A program made the translations under genes and the position numbers. Shown here in pieces: positions 1 to 8,704 of a DNA stretch of 64,000 nt; positions within the stretch are counted from its first letter, which is position 1; every line of letters starts with the position of its first letter. Source of the stretch: Escherichia coli (lineage in GTDB: Bacteria > Pseudomonadota > Gammaproteobacteria > Enterobacterales > Enterobacteriaceae); assembly GCA_029351405.1 (NCBI GenBank), contig GCA_029351405.1_4841.1; one strand, 5' to 3'. The notes beneath the pieces were generated by a model, which was not told the origin of the DNA, made no database searches, and saw only the letters and a list, made by a program, of their open reading frames with translations.

Positions 1-156
1 AGCGTGTATGAAGAGACCCGCCGTCGTGTCGTCCCAGTCTTCTATATCAGGGAAGGAGACGGATTCGATGATGATATGATGGAACTTTCTCATCTGGACA
101 CAGAAGGTATCATGATTGTCGAAGATGAGCAAGAAATCATCGACGAGGAGGCGTAA
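1..156 (+). CDS. hypothetical protein, 3' end only (truncated by window start)
   Basis: Open frame from window edge to TAA at 154-156; acidic C-terminus; next gene starts at 157. Confidence 0.35.
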   Translation, partial: SVYEETRRRVVPVFYIREGDGFDDDMMELSHLDTEGIMIVEDEQEIIDEEA

Positions 157-789
157 ATGTACAAGTCTAATTTCCTTGCAGTTGCCGACAGCGAAACCCT
201 GGGTCGCTGGGATGATGCAGTCATGTTGTCCTGGGCGCACACCATCGCCGACCTGACCAAGCGTTATACTCTTCAGCAGCTGGTTGAGGAGCGCACGACG
301 TTCATTAAGCTGAATGTCAAAGAGCAACTCGAACTTGGTCGCGTGAAGGACGCTGGGACAGTTGAATGGTGGCTGGGCACGGGCAAGCGCAACCCGTGTG
401 ATGCGGCTCGCGCCGTCAGTCTGTACCCGACTGAGCAGGACATCTCTATCTTCCAGCTGGCCGATGAAATCCGCAAGGGATGTCATCGTCTTGGGGTAGA
501 CCCGCGCTCGGTTGACTGGTGTGACCGTAACTTGTTCGATCTACGCAAGGCTCAACACATCATTGAGGTGACGTGTAAGCAGGACTCCAACGAGCCATGG
601 GATTACCACCACACCTTCGACATCGTGAGCTGGCTGAAGGGTGTTGGGCAACAGGATCGCTACGCTGGCATCAAGGCGTGGGAACTGGAAGGTATGGTCT
701 ATCATGATCCTCGTTATGACGCCGCGCTTGATTGGCTTCGTATTCAGAAGACCATGGAAGATCTGATGGGACTGGAGGTTGTGGGATGA
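157..789 (+). CDS. DnaQ-like 3'-5' exonuclease (DEDDh family, DexA-like)
   Basis: Exo I-like motif AVADSETLG near N-terminus and later H-x3-D motif (YHHTFD); 210 aa. Confidence 0.5.
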   Translation: MYKSNFLAVADSETLGRWDDAVMLSWAHTIADLTKRYTLQQLVEERTTFIKLNVKEQLELGRVKDAGTVEWWLGTGKRNPCDAARAVSLYPTEQDISIFQLADEIRKGCHRLGVDPRSVDWCDRNLFDLRKAQHIIEVTCKQDSNEPWDYHHTFDIVSWLKGVGQQDRYAGIKAWELEGMVYHDPRYDAALDWLRIQKTMEDLMGLEVVG

Positions 790-1088
790 TTGTATTCACT
801 GTCATCGGTGTGATCGTAACAGCTGGGGTGTTCACAGCCATATTGGGCTACCTGTACTTCATGTTCCTTCATCCGTTATTTCAGGCGTTCAGTCTCACGA
901 ATTGGTACTTGGCCTGCCTAAAGGCCGACGGCGGCGTGAACACGGCCTCTCTTCCTTACTGGCGGCTGGTGGCGCATTACTACTCGGTCGGTGGCTGGCC
1001 TGGGGAAAGGACATGGAACTCTATCGGTGAGTGGTATGGAATAGGTCGATGGCGTATATTCCCTGATGAAGATGATCAAGCCCCGTGA
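786..1088 (+). CDS. small membrane protein
   Basis: Internal ATG overlapping upstream stop (ATGA); hydrophobic helix IVFTVIGVIVTAGVFTAILGYLYFMF. Confidence 0.5.
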   Translation: MIVFTVIGVIVTAGVFTAILGYLYFMFLHPLFQAFSLTNWYLACLKADGGVNTASLPYWRLVAHYYSVGGWPGERTWNSIGEWYGIGRWRIFPDEDDQAP

Positions 1089-1098
1089 GGGGCTTTTC
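1080..1098 (+). terminator. rho-independent terminator
   Basis: GCCCC-GTGA-GGGGC stem-loop followed by TTTT, overlapping stop of preceding CDS. Confidence 0.5.
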
Positions 1099-1151
1099 TA
1101 TATCCGGGATAGAGTATCATTGGTTCACCAACGAATCCTCTGGAAACTGTT

Positions 1152-1364
1152 ATGACTACAGCAAGAAGTTACAGAAAGAACTTCAACATCGAAGGGATTG
1201 AGTTCTACCACCATTACGCCCAGGACACACATGGCACTGTATGCAACACATACATGCTTGACGGTCACCCTGTAGGTTCCGATGAGTTCTATCGTGTTCT
1301 GCGCGAGTGTACAGAAGAATCCCTTCCGTACATCATCAACGCCAACGGATTGATTAAACCATGA
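1152..1364 (+). CDS. hypothetical protein (70 aa)
   Basis: ORF in same-strand operon, end overlaps next start. Confidence 0.4.
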   Translation: MTTARSYRKNFNIEGIEFYHHYAQDTHGTVCNTYMLDGHPVGSDEFYRVLRECTEESLPYIINANGLIKP

Positions 1365-2050
1365 TCAACGTATCAATAAACGACCGTGATTTCGTTCGCG
1401 ATGTTATGACAAACAACAAAGACCCTCTTGCGTACAACGGGGAGAAGGTTACTCTGTTCTGGTCAGGCGGTGTGGACAGCACGTACATGCTATTCTGGTT
1501 GTTGGCTCACGGGTACGAAGTTCACACGATCTACTGCGAACTGGAGAACAACTCCTTCAAGGTGAAACGTGAGAACTGGGCGCGCAAGAAGATCAGGGAA
1601 TGGGTGATCACCAATTCGCCAAGGTTGAACGCTCATTGGCATCACAGGGAAACCCCGATCAGCAAAATGAGCATCCAGTCTGGTGGGTTCCGGCCTTGTC
1701 TGGCTCAAGCCCCTGTGTGGTTAGTGAACACCCAATTCGTGGGCGGCCATTTTGATCGAGGACTGCCAAGAACTTATGTGATGGCATACGTCAACGGAGA
1801 CGACGCTCTCCACTGGATTCCAGCCTTCAACAAGATCGTGGAGGGTTATAACATGTTGGCCAAAGACGGGCATGAGATCACCGTTCTCTTCCCTCTCGCC
1901 AGCATGAAGAAGACATGGTTCTACGAAGCCCTGAAACCGATCTATGGCCTGATGACCTGGTGTGAATATCCCGTTCTGAAAAAGAACTGTGATTGCCCCG
2001 CTTGTGTCCGCCACCGTCATGAACTTTCCGTGTTTGAGGGGAAACAATGA
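1361..2050 (+). CDS. PP-loop ATP pyrophosphatase, QueC-like (7-cyano-7-deazaguanine synthase family)
   Basis: N-terminal SGGVDS PP-loop motif (LFWSGGVDSTYML) and C-terminal cysteine cluster C-x9-C-x-C-x2-C resembling the QueC zinc site; 229 aa. Confidence 0.6.
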   Translation: MINVSINDRDFVRDVMTNNKDPLAYNGEKVTLFWSGGVDSTYMLFWLLAHGYEVHTIYCELENNSFKVKRENWARKKIREWVITNSPRLNAHWHHRETPISKMSIQSGGFRPCLAQAPVWLVNTQFVGGHFDRGLPRTYVMAYVNGDDALHWIPAFNKIVEGYNMLAKDGHEITVLFPLASMKKTWFYEALKPIYGLMTWCEYPVLKKNCDCPACVRHRHELSVFEGKQ

Positions 2051-2388
2051 AACCGTCTGTTGTGGTGAACGACATCACGAGATTGATAAACCTTGTCAAA
2101 GATGTGTTTCCACAACAGGTGGATGTCGAGTACGTGGGGAAGAACGGGAAGTGTTACCAGGTTGCTCTGTTGTTGAAGCACGTGTACCCTCAAGCAGAGA
2201 TCCATTACAGTCAGACCGAAGGTCATGTGTATACTCTGATTGATGGGCATTACTACGACATCGACGGCATCCACTTCAGTGTCCCACCGGACACGTGTTT
2301 GCTCGAACACAACAGAGGCCATAAACCCCATCGCTGGCATAAAGGGTTTGTGAACGTACCGATTTTAGAATGGTTGAGGAAACCATAA
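2047..2388 (+). CDS. hypothetical protein
   Basis: ORF in operon, 113 aa, no recognised motif. Confidence 0.45.
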   Translation: MKPSVVVNDITRLINLVKDVFPQQVDVEYVGKNGKCYQVALLLKHVYPQAEIHYSQTEGHVYTLIDGHYYDIDGIHFSVPPDTCLLEHNRGHKPHRWHKGFVNVPILEWLRKP

Positions 2389-2948
2389 TGGCAGGAATTG
2401 TAAAGTATCTGGGCGACACCCACCTTGGGCACAAGAAGATCTTCAATCCCCGTGGGTTCGATACCCAAGAGGCACATGATGCTGCAGTTATCGACAGTAT
2501 CTTTCAGGGGTTGAAGTCCCGAGACGTCCTTGAACTGGCTGGGGACATCTGCTTCATCGGGGCTGAGGGGTTCATTCGCCTGATGCGCGAGGGTGCCAAG
2601 AGGAATATTGATGAGTTCAAGCGCCGCCCAGTTCCCGATGACTGGCGTCCGAACTTTATCATCAGGGTGGCGCAAGGCAACCATGACAGCTTCAAGATGT
2701 TGATGCAGCTGTATCAAGAGGGATGGATTAGCTCCTTTGGTGCGATGTATGAGCGTGATACTCCGGTTGGTCGTGTGTTGACCACTCACGTTCCTTATCA
2801 ATTAGACCGCTGGGCGTATAATATCCATGGTCATCTTCACGAAAATATTCGCGAAGAGCGCGAATACCTGAACTGTAGTTGGGAACAATTCAAGCGCCCT
2901 GTAACCCTGTCTGAGTTGTTATACACCAATCTGGGGATTGAAATATGA
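2388..2948 (+). CDS. calcineurin-like metallophosphoesterase
   Basis: Motifs GDTHLG, GDICFIG, GNHD and HGHLH in canonical order; start taken at internal Met (MAGIV). Confidence 0.65.
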   Translation: MAGIVKYLGDTHLGHKKIFNPRGFDTQEAHDAAVIDSIFQGLKSRDVLELAGDICFIGAEGFIRLMREGAKRNIDEFKRRPVPDDWRPNFIIRVAQGNHDSFKMLMQLYQEGWISSFGAMYERDTPVGRVLTTHVPYQLDRWAYNIHGHLHENIREEREYLNCSWEQFKRPVTLSELLYTNLGIEI

Positions 2949-3262
2949 AAATTTATTTTCCTGGCCAAAAGGTGCCTTCTGAAGTGCAGAAGGTCACAAT
3001 CACAGGCTACCGGAAAGGGGATCCATATCTGCGCTTCTCCTCTCCATGTATCGTGAAGCAAACTAAAACGGGTTATTATATCAGGCCGATTGTGTTGATG
3101 GGCTGTGTAATGACGTTCAGAGCTTCCTGTGAACACGTTCTTATACAAGGAAGTCCAAACATCGAAGGTGGAGAAACCCACATGAACTGCAAGCCGATTA
3201 TCCCGACATGGTTGATTATTGGTGTGCTTTCCGTTTTAGCTCTGAAAGGAGTATTGTCATGA
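2945..3262 (+). CDS. hypothetical protein with C-terminal transmembrane helix
   Basis: ORF, C-terminal hydrophobic segment [16 protein letters not shown]. Confidence 0.4.
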   Translation: MKIYFPGQKVPSEVQKVTITGYRKGDPYLRFSSPCIVKQTKTGYYIRPIVLMGCVMTFRASCEHVLIQGSPNIEGGETHMNCKPIIPTWLIIGVLSVLALKGVLS

Positions 3263-3588
3263 AAAAGCCACGCATCACAGGACATCAACTCTGCGTCCTT
3301 TTAGGAATGTTGAACTTTGAGAAAGGTCATTGCCGTTATGGTGAATGGTACTTTCATCCCAAATCCTGGACCAATGACAAGGGCAACACCGTCTGGACGT
3401 TCCGGGTATGCCCGAACGCTGGTGGTTTCACCTCCGTCAAAGGCAACCCCCGCACAGGGGCTTCCCTGCTCGCCAAGGGGTTGATCGAACCAGCTGGCTC
3501 AATGGTTCATGACGGTTCTTACGTGAACTGGCCGAACACTGAGGTGACGTTCTATCGCCTGACCGAACTCGGTAAATCTTATCTCTGA
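3259..3588 (+). CDS. hypothetical protein
   Basis: ORF from internal Met (MKKPRITG), overlaps upstream stop. Confidence 0.4.
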   Translation: MKKPRITGHQLCVLLGMLNFEKGHCRYGEWYFHPKSWTNDKGNTVWTFRVCPNAGGFTSVKGNPRTGASLLAKGLIEPAGSMVHDGSYVNWPNTEVTFYRLTELGKSYL

Positions 3589-3612
3589 ATAAAGATTCAG
3601 CGGTTATTGAAG

Positions 3613-3644
3613 AAGGGGGAGTATATACTTCCCCTTAGTTTATT
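3613..3644 (+). terminator. putative terminator / stem-loop
   Basis: Near-perfect inverted repeat AAGGGGGAGTATA/TATACTTCCCCTT followed by T-rich tract, between CDS 3259..3588 and 3659..3973. Confidence 0.4.
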
Positions 3645-3658
3645 AAGAGGAACCGGAA

Positions 3659-3973
3659 ATGACCCCATTAAAAGAAATGTATGAGCGCCTGTCTGAACTA
3701 CAGGCGAAGGAAAAGCGCTTCTCAGAAGAAGAGACAGAGCTGTCCGAGCTGAACAACCTGATCGCCACTCGTGAGAAGTACCTGCAGCGCTACATTAATC
3801 ACCCGCCGCGCATGGTAGACCGCGTCAGCACTATCATGGACCTGGATGAAGTTACTCCTGGCAAAGAAATCATTGTCAGGGAAGTCCACCAGATGGTCGC
3901 CATGGGTCAGATCTTTGGTCGTGCAGACCAAGACGACATGATCTTCCTCCTTGAAAAGAAACTGGTGATGTGA
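3659..3973 (+). CDS. hypothetical protein
   Basis: ORF with AGAGGAA ribosome-binding site upstream; predicted helical. Confidence 0.45.
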   Translation: MTPLKEMYERLSELQAKEKRFSEEETELSELNNLIATREKYLQRYINHPPRMVDRVSTIMDLDEVTPGKEIIVREVHQMVAMGQIFGRADQDDMIFLLEKKLVM

Positions 3974-4479
3974 TGGCTATCAAACCCCGTATGTTGTTTG
4001 CGCATATGCGCTCGGCTCATGCATACGCTCTGTCCAGCTATGCACAGCGCCTGAAGGTCGGCTGTGTTATCGTTGACCCGCGTGTTGACCAGCCCCTGTC
4101 TATCGGTTGGAACGGGACTGCTCCTGGCGCTCCTAATGTCTGTGAGAAGGAAGTAGACGGTCAACTGGTATCGGTGGGTGTTATCCACGCCGAGGAGAAT
4201 GCTCTGAGCAAACTCCCCCAGCACACTGAAGACTGTTGTGGCCTGGTGATGTTTGTCACTCATAGCCCATGCCCAGAGTGCACCCGTCGTATTATCGACA
4301 GTGGCAAGATCGCTAAAGTGTTCTATGACCGACCATATCGTATCATAGACGGTATTATTGAAATGCTGGCTGCTGGAATTGAAGTATATCGCATGGTCGA
4401 TCAGTTTGTTGTAGTCCAGCATTCTGTGAAGAACGGCGAACTGGTATCCACCCCTGTTTTAGTGAACCCTGACAAATAA
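3970..4479 (+). CDS. dCMP deaminase (cytidine/deoxycytidylate deaminase family)
   Basis: Zinc-binding signature HAEENA ... SPCPEC (H-x-E / P-C-x2-C). Confidence 0.75.
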   Translation: MMAIKPRMLFAHMRSAHAYALSSYAQRLKVGCVIVDPRVDQPLSIGWNGTAPGAPNVCEKEVDGQLVSVGVIHAEENALSKLPQHTEDCCGLVMFVTHSPCPECTRRIIDSGKIAKVFYDRPYRIIDGIIEMLAAGIEVYRMVDQFVVVQHSVKNGELVSTPVLVNPDK

Positions 4480-4489
4480 GGAATTTATC

Positions 4490-4897
4490 ATGCGTTATGT
4501 AGATCGTATGCTCGGCAAAGACGAGCACGTTATTGCCTTCACCCGCCCGACTTGGTGGAGCGGTTTTTGGATTTACGTTCTGGTTATTTTAACGTTTATC
4601 CCAACATTTGGATTCAGCTTGTTATTTCTGATACCAACAATTTTAAATGTATTGACAACTGAATTCGCTGTGACTAACAAGCGCGTCATCGTCAAACGTG
4701 GTTTCATCCGTCGTGATGCTGATGAGTTGCGCATTGGTAAGGTGGAGACAGTGAAGGTTGATCAGTCCATCACAGGCCGCATCTTGGGCTTCTCAACAAT
4801 CAGCGTGATCGGTACGGGTGGCACCCGCCTGCTGGCCAAGGGTTGTGCTGGTGGTAATGCTTTCCGTCAGAAGATCTACGATCACCTAGAAGACTGA
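4490..4897 (+). CDS. membrane protein with bacterial PH-like domain
   Basis: Two N-terminal transmembrane helices followed by soluble domain of YdbT/DUF304-like layout. Confidence 0.45.
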   Translation: MRYVDRMLGKDEHVIAFTRPTWWSGFWIYVLVILTFIPTFGFSLLFLIPTILNVLTTEFAVTNKRVIVKRGFIRRDADELRIGKVETVKVDQSITGRILGFSTISVIGTGGTRLLAKGCAGGNAFRQKIYDHLED

Positions 4898-4899
4898 TC

Positions 4900-5112
4900 A
4901 TGATCATTTCAGGTTACACTATCGATCTTTATTGTGAATGCTCAGATTGCAAGGCATGCAGTTGGGCTTGGGAAGAGCATCACCCCAAGTGCGGGTTCAA
5001 ACAATACACTGGTGAGACTTGGGGTGAGTGTGTCAAACAGGCGCGAGCAGACGGCTGGCAAATTGGGCGCGACAGGCATACCTGTTACGCCCCTGGCCAC
5101 AAGAGAAGTTAA
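4900..5112 (+). CDS. small cysteine-rich protein
   Basis: 70 aa with CEC-x2-C-x3-C and later Cys/His residues; possible zinc binder. Confidence 0.4.
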   Translation: MIISGYTIDLYCECSDCKACSWAWEEHHPKCGFKQYTGETWGECVKQARADGWQIGRDRHTCYAPGHKRS

Positions 5113-5723
5113 GGTAAGAGTAGTCCATCATCCCGCTCCGTTGGGGCGGGTTTAATCTCCTTCCGCATCTGTTCCTTCAGCACCCTGACACGTTCGGCAT
5201 GTCGGCGATCTTGCATCTCCATATCCCGTTTCTTTTTCGACTTCAATTCGAACTGTTTACGAACATCCGGATCTTCACCTGGAACAAGATGCTCTTCAGT
5301 CCAGATAATGAACTTCCAGTTCTTCTTGGCACACAGTTCGCGGGTGGCCTCCCACTTGGCAGAATTGACCAACCAGGTTCGCATCGCATTGTTGAATGTC
5401 GACTCCTTCATGTTCGGAGTCTTCTTCGGCTGCTTGATCTGGTCTTTGGGCTTGATCTCAATGAGGGTGACCTGTAGTTCATCTTGCCCTTCACGGCGCG
5501 TCCAGACCTTGAGGTCCATGAAGTAACGATGGGTGCGCCCGTCGACTGGGGAAATGTAAGGGATTACGGTCTCCTCACTAGACCACTTCACTATCGCGGA
5601 GTTCATATCACAGAACTTGAAAGCCACCAACTCCAGCGAAGAGCGGAAGATGATGTTATTCACATTCCCCTGATACTTCTTGGGATTAACTGGGGTGTAC
5701 TTCCCCTGAAGATAGTTGCTCAT
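5109..5723 (-). CDS. head completion protein, gp4-like (putative)
   Basis: N-terminal pattern KYTPVNPKKYQGN...IIFRSSLE...WSSEE..IPYISPVDG..HRYF.D...IEIKP recalled as typical of T4 gp4-family proteins; basic C-terminal tail. Confidence 0.45.
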   Translation of the reverse strand: MSNYLQGKYTPVNPKKYQGNVNNIIFRSSLELVAFKFCDMNSAIVKWSSEETVIPYISPVDGRTHRYFMDLKVWTRREGQDELQVTLIEIKPKDQIKQPKKTPNMKESTFNNAMRTWLVNSAKWEATRELCAKKNWKFIIWTEEHLVPGEDPDVRKQFELKSKKKRDMEMQDRRHAERVRVLKEQMRKEIKPAPTERDDGLLLP

Positions 5724-5731
5724 AATCTAGT

Positions 5732-5739
5732 CCTAAATA
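5732..5739 (+). promoter_or_regulatory. late-promoter-like box (CCTAAATA) upstream of baseplate gene
   Basis: TAAATA core 34 nt upstream of ATG at 5774, same spacing as exact TATAAATA boxes elsewhere in window. Confidence 0.35.
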
Positions 5740-5773
5740 GCCATAACACTCTATCTATTTAAGGGCTGAGACC

Positions 5774-6742
5774 ATGGCCGACTTCAAGAAGACAATCGAT
5801 AAGATCAAGGTTCTGAACACGAAGGGATTGTCCCAGGCTCAGAAGCAATTGTCTTATCCCCTGGACGTTACTGGGGGTAAAACCTTGGGACACTATGTCC
5901 TATTCAACATCAACCGCATCTCCGGTTCATCTTATGGCAACACGGCTACTCAGACTATCGAGAACCCAATACAGAACCCTCTGGGGAATACTCCTGTGGT
6001 CTATGGGTCCAAGTCTGGTTCCATCACCAAATATGCATGGGCGCGTCACGTTCGTTCAAACGAATCTATTGTTCTGTGTATGCCGGAGTCCATTACAACC
6101 AACTATGGCGTTGGCTGGAACGGTAGCGAGCTGGGGCTGGCTGGTATGGGGGCACAGTTCCTTTCCCGCGCCGCCCAAGACATGACTCAGTTTAAACTGG
6201 GTGATGCGCTCAACGTCGGGAAGGAGATGGGGAGATTCGCTGCCACCAAGGCTATCCAATCTGCGTCGGAGGCTATTCCATTCCTGCCGAGCATTAACGC
6301 CCATGACACCCTTGAGTTGTTCACAGGCACCATGACCAACCCATATGTGGAGATGATCTTCCAGGGTGTACGCAACCGTGAGATTCCATTTACATTCAAA
6401 TTCACGCCGCGATCTCAGAAGGAAGCCAAGATGGTCCGTGAGATCATCCGCATGTTCAAGATGCACATGTACCCAGAGTACAAGTACAACAAGAACTCCA
6501 GTGCCTTCTATCTGCATCCATCGACCTTTGATATCACGTTCATGGTCAATGGTGAGCGTAACCAATGGCTCCACCGCATCTCCACCTGCGTGCTGTCCAA
6601 CATGTTCGTCAACGAAACGCCGGACAGTTCATATGCAGTACACAAGGATGATGGGATCGTATCTACACAGGTTGACATGACCTTCATCGAACTGGAGCCT
6701 CTGCATAAAGGGCGCTTTGAAACCGAAGGCGATAGCTTCTAA
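5774..6742 (+). CDS. baseplate / tail-tube-associated structural protein (gp48/gp54-like, tentative)
   Basis: 322 aa, first gene of a plus-strand structural operon ending in a tape-measure-like gene; family call tentative. Confidence 0.4.
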   Translation: MADFKKTIDKIKVLNTKGLSQAQKQLSYPLDVTGGKTLGHYVLFNINRISGSSYGNTATQTIENPIQNPLGNTPVVYGSKSGSITKYAWARHVRSNESIVLCMPESITTNYGVGWNGSELGLAGMGAQFLSRAAQDMTQFKLGDALNVGKEMGRFAATKAIQSASEAIPFLPSINAHDTLELFTGTMTNPYVEMIFQGVRNREIPFTFKFTPRSQKEAKMVREIIRMFKMHMYPEYKYNKNSSAFYLHPSTFDITFMVNGERNQWLHRISTCVLSNMFVNETPDSSYAVHKDDGIVSTQVDMTFIELEPLHKGRFETEGDSF

Positions 6743-6753
6743 GAGAGGATGCC

Positions 6754-7308
6754 ATGAAATATTTTGAGAAGTTTCCACTTGTTTGGCATCAATTGCAAGA
6801 TGTCCAAGAGAATGATCAGGTGCTGTTACAGAACTTAACGCGCCGGGTGATGATCTTACAGAAAATTAAGGACATCGAAGGGCTTCTCCTGCCGTATACG
6901 ATCCAAGAGGGGGAAACCCCAAGGTCTTTCGCGGAACGCGTTTACGGATCCTTCGAGTTGTTTTGGATACCTTGTCTGATAAATGGCATCATGGACATCA
7001 ATAAGGACTGGCCGAAACCGGAACGCCGTATTATTGAAGAACTGACTGCAGATTATGGCATCGATGGTATGTGGGATACAGCCTATTATGTCGACCAGTT
7101 CAACAATGTGACCGACGCCCGTGCTATCAAATTTGCATATAACCTAGACCTGGATGAGCCGTCCATAATTGCTAACTATGGCCTGACGGCAGTTTCATAC
7201 CATGATGATGCAATCAGTAAGAATGAAGCCAAACGGAACATCCAAGTACTCGACCCAGATTATGTGTCTTCGTTTGTCAATCAGCTGGAGCAGGAGTTGG
7301 CGAAATGA
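6754..7308 (+). CDS. structural-operon protein (baseplate hub-associated, tentative)
   Basis: 184 aa ORF between baseplate genes; overlapping stop/start with next gene. Confidence 0.35.
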   Translation: MKYFEKFPLVWHQLQDVQENDQVLLQNLTRRVMILQKIKDIEGLLLPYTIQEGETPRSFAERVYGSFELFWIPCLINGIMDINKDWPKPERRIIEELTADYGIDGMWDTAYYVDQFNNVTDARAIKFAYNLDLDEPSIIANYGLTAVSYHDDAISKNEAKRNIQVLDPDYVSSFVNQLEQELAK

Positions 7309-8693
7309 TCGAAAACAGAGAGACCCAAGACGGTATTGTAACACCGTCAACAACATTTGACCTGAAGTATATGGCGATCCTCCCTCATACACCCCAGGGT
7401 GGATCACCAACGCCATATGACCTGACGGCGTTGTTTGAGGAGTTCAACGTCTTCCAGGATCTGGGTCTTGAAGGGAAGTCATCTCCATCACTTACAGCCA
7501 ATGTCTTGATAAAAGAGGGGTGGGACATTCTTGACACAATGCCTATCTTGGGTGGTGAAGAAGTTGTGGTGTCATTCAAGAGTCCGGCGGCCTCGGAATA
7601 CACCACTCTCTCCCTGCGCGTAGCGCGTGTTGGGCGCGTAGCTGATGAGTCCAACAGCTCGTCCAAGAAAGCATTCTGGTTGCACATGGTGACCACCGAT
7701 GCCTATAAGGACAGCATGATCCGCTGCTCCCTCGGTCTTGACGGTTCGTATTCTGACATGGCAAAGGTAATCTTCAATCAGCTGGAGTCGCGCACCAAGT
7801 TCGAAGACATCGACCCGTCGTATGGTATTCAAGAGCGGTTCGCCACCCCGCTCTGGCCTGTGCTGCGATCTATTGATTATATGGCGAGCCGTTCTTATGA
7901 CGAATTGTTCATGCCATTCGTGTTCTATGAAGACTTCAATGGCTATCACTTCAAGAGCCTGACGACGTTGTTCAACCAGGGCAGCCAGTCATTGACAGCA
8001 GAAGAGAAGCAGGAACTAGCTCAGCAGAACAAGTTGTTCCGTGATCCTCAGGACGCGCCGCTCATGCAGGATAACAACTTCAACTCTGAGCGCTTTATGC
8101 GCACGATCATCAAGGCAGAGAAGAAGCTGGCGCGTGACCAGTTCATGGCAAATTACCGTGACGTCCTGGCGGTGAACGAGCGTGTCTACGACTTTGAGAC
8201 CAAGACAGTCACCCCAACACAGCGCATCTATACTGAGTGGTTTGCAGAGACGGCTCACCTTGATCCGTTCCCGATGTTCTCAGATGAATTCAATCGTCAG
8301 AACGTCCGTTACATTGAAGCCCAGCCGGATGGAGCGGAGCAGATTGATTATGCTCGTCGTGTTATCAACTTCAGTCTTGCCAGCACTGTGATGCGCGTGT
8401 TGCTCGTTGGTGATAACCGCCTGAACGTCGGTCAGGTGTTCTACGTCGAAGACCAGTCCAACCGTCCTAAGAAGAACGAAAACCTGGCAGAGTTAAGTAA
8501 GCTATCGACAGGCCACTATATCGTGACCAAAGTGCGTCACAAAATTTCCCGCCTGACCAAAGATTATCAGTGCATCGCTGAGATTGCCAAGGACAGTTTG
8601 CTGGAGCAGGTGCTTCCACCTCAGACCAATCAGACAACTGCTTCCACCACTACTCCTCAGGCGATTGAGAAAGGCCAAGCACAGAAGGTTTAA
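7305..8693 (+). CDS. baseplate hub protein (gp27-like, tentative)
   Basis: 462 aa, precedes tape-measure-like gene; size and position fit hub subunit. Confidence 0.35.
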   Translation: MIENRETQDGIVTPSTTFDLKYMAILPHTPQGGSPTPYDLTALFEEFNVFQDLGLEGKSSPSLTANVLIKEGWDILDTMPILGGEEVVVSFKSPAASEYTTLSLRVARVGRVADESNSSSKKAFWLHMVTTDAYKDSMIRCSLGLDGSYSDMAKVIFNQLESRTKFEDIDPSYGIQERFATPLWPVLRSIDYMASRSYDELFMPFVFYEDFNGYHFKSLTTLFNQGSQSLTAEEKQELAQQNKLFRDPQDAPLMQDNNFNSERFMRTIIKAEKKLARDQFMANYRDVLAVNERVYDFETKTVTPTQRIYTEWFAETAHLDPFPMFSDEFNRQNVRYIEAQPDGAEQIDYARRVINFSLASTVMRVLLVGDNRLNVGQVFYVEDQSNRPKKNENLAELSKLSTGHYIVTKVRHKISRLTKDYQCIAEIAKDSLLEQVLPPQTNQTTASTTTPQAIEKGQAQKV

Positions 8694-8704
8694 CGAGGTG
8701 ACCC

